A stretch of DNA of 64,000 nt from Candidatus Colwellbacteria bacterium (GTDB taxonomy: Bacteria > Patescibacteriota > Minisyncoccia > UBA6257 > Colwellbacteraceae): positions 27,021 to 91,020 of the forward strand of contig JACOXB010000010.1 of the NCBI GenBank assembly GCA_016176505.1. Direction: 5' to 3'. The notes beneath the pieces were generated by a model, which was not told the origin of the DNA, searched no databases, and was given only the letters and a program-made list of their open reading frames with translations. Position numbers and translations under genes: made by a program. The first letter of the stretch is position 1. Each line of letters begins with the position of its first letter. Below, piece after piece: positions 57,926 to 64,000 of this stretch.

Positions 57926-59297
57926 GCTTGCGCATGGCCTCGCCTACGAGAAATTTAAGAGCATTGCTTTTCCCTTTTTTATAATCGCTTACAGCCTGTT
58001 CGTTTGCCTTAATCACTTCTTTGACCGCCTCGAGCAGCGCTTCTTCATCAGCAATCGGCGTTAATGTTTTCTCTTTAATAATTTGATCTGGATCAAGACC
58101 GCTTACAAACATCTCGCCCAGAACCTTCTTGCCGATAACACTAGAGATACTTCCTCCAGAGATTAGGTTCGTCATCTCGGCGAAGTTCTCGGGGGATATT
58201 TTGAGTTCGTTGAATCCAATACCGGATTTATTCATTAAACCAGTAAGGTCGGTTGTTAGCGAGTTGACTAGGGTCTGGATGGCCTTTTCTTTCTTCGGTT
58301 CATCGATAATGGTGTCCAGCTCTGAAACGCTTTCTTCAAAGTATTCGGCGAGTTTTGGATCACTAACTAAAACCTCGATTTGACCTTGAGGCAGTTTGTA
58401 TTCTTCTAAAAATCGATTGCGTCTAGCCTCGGGTAATTCTGGAATTGATAATTTTAATTCTTCGAGGTTAATCTCTCCTTTGGCGAAATCGAGGGGCGGT
58501 AAATCAGGCTCGGGGAAGTAGCGGTAATCGTGCGATGACTCCTTACTCCTTTGCGATTTAGTCGCCCCCATAACACTCCCCCTGGTTTCCTGAATCACTT
58601 TTTCGCCCTGTTCTAATACTCCTGTTTGTCTTTTTATTTCATATTCAATCGCATTTTTAACCTCTTTGAATGAGTTGATATTCTTGACCTCAACTTTAGT
58701 GCCGAGTTCCTTGCTACCCTCGGGAGCGACAGAAACATTGGCCTCAACCCGCATTTGGCCTTTTTCCATATCAGCATCGGAGATACCAAGATAGCGAATG
58801 ATTAACTGAAGTTCTTTAGCAAAGCGGAAAGCCTCGTCGGCTGATTTAATCACCGGTTTTGTCACAAGCTCCATTAAAGGAATGCCGGCCCGGTTAAAAT
58901 CAACTAAACTTCCGTCCTCGCCGTGGAGCAACCTAGCCGTGTCTTCTTCCAGATGGATCCGCTCAAGCTCTATCCCCAAAAGTTCGCCGCCTTTCACAAG
59001 CGGATATTCGTATTGGGAAATTTGATAACCCTTGGGCAAGTCTGGATAAAAATAACTTTTCCGGTCAAAGTGCGAGTTTTTTAAAATCTCGCCGTTAAGC
59101 GCTAGGCCCAAGCGAATGACGCTCTTCACCGCCTCGACATTGATTACCGGCAGAGTCCCTGGATGAGCCAGACAAATTGGGCAAACATTCACATTAGGCC
59201 TAGTTTCGGTGGGGTTATTCAACGAACGACAGAACATCTTGGTCCGCGTTTTTAACTCCGCATGGACCTCAAGCCCTATAGTCGGTGTATACTCCAT
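57864..59297 (-). CDS. gatB: Asp/Glu-tRNA amidotransferase subunit B
   Basis: IGLEVH, FDRKSYFYPDLPKGYQISQ, DYRYFPEPDL. Confidence 0.97.
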   Translation of the reverse strand: MEYTPTIGLEVHAELKTRTKMFCRSLNNPTETRPNVNVCPICLAHPGTLPVINVEAVKSVIRLGLALNGEILKNSHFDRKSYFYPDLPKGYQISQYEYPLVKGGELLGIELERIHLEEDTARLLHGEDGSLVDFNRAGIPLMELVTKPVIKSADEAFRFAKELQLIIRYLGISDADMEKGQMRVEANVSVAPEGSKELGTKVEVKNINSFKEVKNAIEYEIKRQTGVLEQGEKVIQETRGSVMGATKSQRSKESSHDYRYFPEPDLPPLDFAKGEINLEELKLSIPELPEARRNRFLEEYKLPQGQIEVLVSDPKLAEYFEESVSELDTIIDEPKKEKAIQTLVNSLTTDLTGLMNKSGIGFNELKISPENFAEMTNLISGGSISSVIGKKVLGEMFVSGLDPDQIIKEKTLTPIADEEALLEAVKEVIKANEQAVSDYKKGKSNALKFLVGEAMRKLSGRGNPGLLEKLFSDRLAK

Positions 59298-59722
59298 TAG
59301 CCAACCACCTCGATTCCCATCGATTTAGCAGCGCCTTCAATAATTTTCACTGCTTCTTCGAGGTTTGAAGTGTTCAGATCCGGCATTTTCTTTTCGGCAA
59401 TCTTTCGCAGGTCGTCCTTAGTAACCTTTCCCACCTTATTCTTATTAGGAACGCCTGAGCCTTTTTCAAGACCGGCGGCCTGACGCAATAAATAAGAAGT
59501 TGGCGGCGTTTTCAAAATAAAACTGAAGCTCCGGTCTTCATAGACTGTAATTTCAGCCGGCACAATTTCGCCACCTCTGTCTTTCGTGGCCTCATTAAAC
59601 TGACTGCAAAAATCCTGGATACTGACACCGTGTTGACCCAGAGCCGGCCCAATCGGCGGCGCCGGCGTGGCCTGGCCGGCCGGGATTTGAAGCTTTAAAA
59701 CTGTTTTAATTGGTTTTGCCAT
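59297..59722 (-). CDS. rplK: 50S ribosomal protein L11
   Basis: [19 protein letters not shown]. Confidence 0.97.
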   Translation of the reverse strand: MAKPIKTVLKLQIPAGQATPAPPIGPALGQHGVSIQDFCSQFNEATKDRGGEIVPAEITVYEDRSFSFILKTPPTSYLLRQAAGLEKGSGVPNKNKVGKVTKDDLRKIAEKKMPDLNTSNLEEAVKIIEGAAKSMGIEVVG

Positions 59723-60279
59723 TAGAGTTTCTTGATTTGCAATGAGTCGAGCTCAACCGCGGTATCTCGACCGAAAATCGGCACCATTACCCTAACCCTC
59801 CCCTTCTCCTCGTCAATCGCCGCCACCTTGCCGTCATAGTCCCGGAAAGGACCGTCGATAATCCGAACGGTCTCTCCAACCTGAACATCAACCTTAAACT
59901 TCGGTTCTTCACCGCCCATTCGAGCCATTAAAGATTCAATTTCCTCATAAGAAAGAGCGGTCGGACTCGTCGGATCAGAACCGACAAAGCCAGTCACCCG
60001 CGGCGTGTTTCGGACCACATACCAGGAATCGGGCTCAAGAATCATTTCAACCAGAACGTAACCAGGGTAAATTTTTTCTTCGGTTATAGCTCTTTTGCCA
60101 TTTTTAATCCTGATTTTTTTCTCTTTCGGCACTACCACTCGGAAAATCTTGTCATTCATCGCAAGAGAATCAACCCTTTGTTTTAAGTAGCGGGCGACTG
60201 CATCCTCGTAACCGGCGTAAGTGTGAACCGCGTACCAGCGCTTAAGTTTGGATTCTTCGGTTTCAAGCCTTGGAGCCAT
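59722..60279 (-). CDS. nusG: Transcription factor NusG
   Basis: [30 protein letters not shown] domain. Confidence 0.97.
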   Translation of the reverse strand: MAPRLETEESKLKRWYAVHTYAGYEDAVARYLKQRVDSLAMNDKIFRVVVPKEKKIRIKNGKRAITEEKIYPGYVLVEMILEPDSWYVVRNTPRVTGFVGSDPTSPTALSYEEIESLMARMGGEEPKFKVDVQVGETVRIIDGPFRDYDGKVAAIDEEKGRVRVMVPIFGRDTAVELDSLQIKKL

Positions 60280-60280
60280 C

Positions 60281-60466
60281 TTAGCTTAAAATTTTACTGA
60301 TCAAATTAAAAAAAAGATAATCGAGCGCGCCCAGAAAGGCGGCCACCACAAGTGAAAAAACAATCACAATCAGAGACATCCTAACCGTCTCACCCCGAGT
60401 GGGCCAGTTAATCCGCCCAACCTCCTTTCTTAAATCCTTAAAAAAGTTACTTAGTCGCTCGAACAT
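60281..60466 (-). CDS. secE: Translocase subunit SecE
   Basis: EVGRINWPT plus single TM, upstream of nusG. Confidence 0.92.
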   Translation of the reverse strand: MFERLSNFFKDLRKEVGRINWPTRGETVRMSLIVIVFSLVVAAFLGALDYLFFNLISKILS

Positions 60467-60492
60467 CTTGCGGCATCATAGCTAATTCTCTA

Positions 60493-62409
60493 CTAAACAT
60501 CAAGGTTTTTAACAGAGGCGGCATGAAGCTGGATAAAGTGCTTCCTCGGGCCAACCTCATCCCCCATTAGAAGATCGAAAAGCCGATCAGCCTCTTTAGC
60601 GTCGTCAACTGTAACCAGCTTGAGTCTCCGATCAGCCGGATTCATAGTAGTTTCCCAAAGCTGATCCGGATTCATCTCGCCTAATCCTTTATAGCGCTGA
60701 ATATTAACCGGCTCACCAAGTTCAGCCGCGATTTTATCTTTTTCAAGATCGCTGTGGGCATATTTCCCCACCTTCCCTTTCTCGACTCGGTAAAGCGGCG
60801 GGAGGGCAATGTAGAGATGGCCATCCTCAATCACTTTAGGGAAATGACGGAAGAAAAGAGTTAAAAGCAAAGTTCTAATATGGGCGCCGTCAACATCGGC
60901 ATCAGTCATGATAATAATTTTGTGATAGCGGAGTTTGGCCACATCAAACTCATCCGCAATCGCTGTTCCAAGAGCTAAAACCAGAGCGGCTAATTCTTTA
61001 TTAGCTAGAAGTTTATCAATCCTGGCCCGTTCAGCATTTAGAATCTTTCCTCGTAAGGGCAGAATCGCCTGGATTCTTCTGTCCCGGCCCTGCTTAGCTG
61101 ATCCGCCGGCCGAAGGTCCCTCGACAATAAAAAGTTCGGCTTCTTCAGCTTTGCGAGTTTGGCAATCAGCTAATTTACCAGGCAGAGACAGGCCCTCAAG
61201 CACGCCCTTTCGAAGAACGCTTTCTTTAGCCGCCTTCGCAGCCAGACGGGCTCGGGCAGCTAAGAGACACTTATCAAGGATAGCTCGGGCATCAGCCGGC
61301 TTTTTCTCAAGAAATTCCCGAAGAGCAACGCCGATCACAGTTTCGGTAGCGCTTCTCGCCTCAGGATTACCAAGTCTTGCTTTTGTCTGACCCTCAAACT
61401 GAGGTTCTTTTAGTTTTATCGAGATAATCGCGGTTAGCCCCTCGCGCACATCATCGCCAGTCAGGTTGTCATCGTCTTTTTTAAAATAGCCATTGGCCCG
61501 GGCGTAATCATTAAGCGCCCGGGTTAAGGCTGAGCGGAAACCAGTTGAGTGCATGCCTCCGTCACTGGTATGAATATTGTTGGCAAAACTTAATTCAGCT
61601 ATTTCATTGCCCTCGTTGTAAGAAAGGGCGGCCTCAACCTCGATCCCCTGGCTTTCTCGATGAACATAAAAAATATTATCATGGACTCGCTTCTCACCAT
61701 CCTCGTTTAAATAGTCAATGAACGAAAGTAAGCCGCCATCAAATTGATATGCAGTGTAGTGAGGCGCACCCCGTCTCTCGTCTATAAGAACAATTCGCAG
61801 GCCTTTGGTTAAATAGGCCTGCTCCCGAAAGTGTTCGAGAATTTGCTTTCGGTCAAATTCGATTTTCGAGAATATCTGCTCATCAGGGATAAAAGTAATT
61901 TTAGTTCCATTCCGTTCACAGTGGCCGTTTTTCTTAACTTTGGTTTTAGCTTTTCCCCGTTCGTACTCTTGCTCATATTTGGCGCCGTCACGACAAACTT
62001 CAGCCTTAAGCCAGGCTGAGAGGGCGTTCACGACCGAGACGCCCACACCGTGAAGACCGCCGGAAACTTTGTAAGATTCGCCGCCGAATTTACCCCCGGC
62101 ATGGAGGGTGGTCATGACCGTTTCGAGAGCTGATTTCTTGGTTTGCTTATGAATATCAACCGGGATACCCCGGCCATCATCTTCCACGCTCACCCGATTA
62201 TCCTTAAACAGGCGGACCTCAATATTTTTAGCATAACCGGCCATAGCCTCATCAATCGAGTTATCAACCACTTCCCAAATCAAATGATGCAGGCCGCTCG
62301 GTCCGGTTGAACCAATATACATGCCTGGCCGTTTGCGGACCGGCTCTAGGCCCTCAAGAACATAAATATCCTTGGCTGTGTATGTGGGATTTTCCTTAGC
62401 CATCATCAA
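60493..62409 (-). CDS. gyrB: DNA gyrase subunit B
   Basis: RKRPGMYIG, EVVDNSIDE, GGLHGVG, PLRGKILN, DADVDG, QRYKGLGEM. Confidence 0.92.
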   Translation of the reverse strand: MMMAKENPTYTAKDIYVLEGLEPVRKRPGMYIGSTGPSGLHHLIWEVVDNSIDEAMAGYAKNIEVRLFKDNRVSVEDDGRGIPVDIHKQTKKSALETVMTTLHAGGKFGGESYKVSGGLHGVGVSVVNALSAWLKAEVCRDGAKYEQEYERGKAKTKVKKNGHCERNGTKITFIPDEQIFSKIEFDRKQILEHFREQAYLTKGLRIVLIDERRGAPHYTAYQFDGGLLSFIDYLNEDGEKRVHDNIFYVHRESQGIEVEAALSYNEGNEIAELSFANNIHTSDGGMHSTGFRSALTRALNDYARANGYFKKDDDNLTGDDVREGLTAIISIKLKEPQFEGQTKARLGNPEARSATETVIGVALREFLEKKPADARAILDKCLLAARARLAAKAAKESVLRKGVLEGLSLPGKLADCQTRKAEEAELFIVEGPSAGGSAKQGRDRRIQAILPLRGKILNAERARIDKLLANKELAALVLALGTAIADEFDVAKLRYHKIIIMTDADVDGAHIRTLLLTLFFRHFPKVIEDGHLYIALPPLYRVEKGKVGKYAHSDLEKDKIAAELGEPVNIQRYKGLGEMNPDQLWETTMNPADRRLKLVTVDDAKEADRLFDLLMGDEVGPRKHFIQLHAASVKNLDV

Positions 62410-62534
62410 GAAAGACCCCTAAAGGCGGTCTTTTTTACCTCTTAATTTTACCTAAAATCAGACCCGGACTCAAGCTAAAAAAGGGCCGGTTTAGGGCTTG
62501 AAATAAGGGGATTGGCGCCTTAAACTAAAAAACT

Positions 62535-63659
62535 ATGGACATAGTTATACCCCGCGACGAGGAGGAGGCGTTAATAGAAAAGTTGAAGCAGCGCGAAGAC
62601 ACTGAAGCCAAGCGGATGCTCCGATATCTGGCAATGCCGGACCTCTCGCGCACTCCCGGGAGCCCGCTCCAAGAAATCGTAGCTAGGGCAAAGAACGCCC
62701 GCAGTCTCCAAGGCTTCGACGTTATTAATGTACCGGAAATTGTACCAACACACATTCTTTTTGATCTTTTTAATATGCCTCCCGGTCATCCAGCCCGCAG
62801 TAAATCAGACACCTATTATGTAGATGATAACCATGTTCTGCGGACTCACGACACAGTATTCTGGTATTACTACCTCAACCACCCGGAGATTAAAAAACGC
62901 ATTCGGAATAAAGAGACCTTGGGGACCATGTGCTACGGCAAGGTTTACCGAAAAGACGAAATTGATCGGACGCACATGAACGTCTTCCATCAATTCGGCG
63001 CTTGGCTCATCGCGCCGGACGAAAAGCAGGTCCTCGCAAGCGATGACCTAAAAGAAGCTCTTTCCGACATTGCCACCCATGTTTTTGGCGCCAAGTACCG
63101 TTTTTACGAACACCAGTTTCCATACACGGATCCCAGCTACGAAATGGAAGCTGAAATTAAGGGCAAGTGGATTGAAATGGTGGGTTCCGGCATGGTACGT
63201 AAAACTGTTTTAGCTAACATGGGTTTGACTGGCTACAATGGCTGGGCTTTTGGCTTCGGTCTCGAACGATTGGCAATTGCTTCTATGGATCTACCAGATA
63301 TTCGCTTACTCTGGTCTAAGGATCCGAGGGTTCTAAAACAACTTAAGCTTGGTCACAAGTTTGAAGAGGTCAGTAAGTATCCGCCGATTATAAGAGATAT
63401 TTCTTTTGCTGTAGGCAAAGAGTTTGTGCCAAATGATTATTTCGACTTGGTACGGGAGATGGCCGGAGATCTAGTCGAGCAAGTGGAGCTTATAGATAAG
63501 TATGAGGATGAATCAAAATTCGGAAAGGATAAGATCAGCTACGCCTATAGGCTAACTTACAGAAGCCTGGAGAGAACCCTCACGAACGAAGAAGTAGATA
63601 AACTTCATAAAACACTTGAAGAAAAGACCGTATCTGTCTTCAAGGCGGTTGTGAGATAG
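62535..63659 (+). CDS. Phenylalanine--tRNA ligase catalytic domain fused to a ferredoxin-fold anticodon-binding domain
   Basis: HPARSKSDTYY, LRTH, YRKDEIDRTH, FHQ, FPYTDPS, AFGFGLERLA, then SKYPPIIRDISF...YRSLERTLTNEEV. Confidence 0.88.
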   Translation: MDIVIPRDEEEALIEKLKQREDTEAKRMLRYLAMPDLSRTPGSPLQEIVARAKNARSLQGFDVINVPEIVPTHILFDLFNMPPGHPARSKSDTYYVDDNHVLRTHDTVFWYYYLNHPEIKKRIRNKETLGTMCYGKVYRKDEIDRTHMNVFHQFGAWLIAPDEKQVLASDDLKEALSDIATHVFGAKYRFYEHQFPYTDPSYEMEAEIKGKWIEMVGSGMVRKTVLANMGLTGYNGWAFGFGLERLAIASMDLPDIRLLWSKDPRVLKQLKLGHKFEEVSKYPPIIRDISFAVGKEFVPNDYFDLVREMAGDLVEQVELIDKYEDESKFGKDKISYAYRLTYRSLERTLTNEEVDKLHKTLEEKTVSVFKAVVR

Positions 63660-63703
63660 TTTTTGACAACTCGAATAATCGAGCTAGAATATTGGGGGTA
63701 AAC

Positions 63704-63775
63704 AGCGGGGAAGTGTAACAGTTGCACGTGAGCCTCATAAGCTCAAGGTAGTGGGTGCAATTCCCGCCCCCGCAA
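63704..63775 (+). tRNA. tRNA-Met(CAT), probably initiator
   Basis: Loop ctCATaa; 1:72 mismatch; atypical T-loop TGCAATT; promoter TTGACA-N16-TAGAAT upstream. Confidence 0.8.
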
Positions 63776-63803
63776 CATGTTTGGGCGGCGGTCGGGGGAG
63801 AAA

Positions 63804-63822
63804 AATTCCCGCCCCCGCAACA
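63804..63822 (+). repeat. Direct repeat of the tRNA-Met 3' end
   Basis: AATTCCCGCCCCCGCAACA identical to 63759-63777. Confidence 0.85.
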
Positions 63823-63902
63823 AGCTACGGTCGGCGTGGCGCTTCGCTTGCGCCGACATCGTTCGGTGAAAATGAGAATAAATTCTCATTTTCACCTCTC
63901 TC

Positions 63903-63977
63903 GTCGGCGTAGCTCAGTGGTAGAGCGAGGGACTCATAAACCCTAGGTCGGAGGTTCAATCCCTCCCGCCGACACCA
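63903..63977 (+). tRNA. tRNA with CAT anticodon (elongator Met or Ile2)
   Basis: GTCGGCG/CGCCGAC acceptor, loop ctCATaa, encoded CCA. Confidence 0.92.
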
Positions 63978-64000
63978 AAATACCGTAGGAATGAGAACAA

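Noticed and set aside
59297-59722. rplK not followed by rplA as a novel feature
   Set aside because: Operon rearrangement is ordinary in reduced genomes; rplA may lie outside the window.

Overview
Chromosomal window from what looks like a Patescibacteria/CPR (Parcubacteria-like) bacterium. This is inferred from overlapping housekeeping genes, split ComEC, a VirD4-like ATPase, short Smc/Tsf/AspS and CPR-type palindromic repeats. It is mostly core genes (aspS, ndk, mnmA, efp, secDF, grpE-dnaK-dnaJ, recR, dnaB, cysS, mraZ-rsmH-ftsL-ftsI, ribosomal proteins, dnaE, thrS, gatB, nusG, gyrB), 8 tRNAs and a polysaccharide synthase locus. The standout is a GC-rich island just 3' of tRNA-Lys (20278-23199). 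It encodes a 308-aa IS110/Nop-domain protein with no nuclease domain but a zinc-ribbon insertion, followed by three arrays (2, 31 and 10 units) with an exact 36-nt period: 9-nt repeat, 9-nt variable, second 9-nt repeat, 9-nt variable. This is the architecture of a TIGR-Tas RNA-guided system (TasA-like). Each array unit has its own leader, closing stem and terminator, and similar promoter, leader and terminator signatures recur on several small GC-rich orphan-gene cassettes across the window. One cassette contains a type III hammerhead ribozyme. Other observations are a 6S-like RNA, 30-bp palindromic elements inserted in frame into housekeeping proteins, a single-chain mitochondrial-type PheRS, and apparent internal deletions in essential genes (probably assembly errors). 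All calls are by eye; no database search was run.
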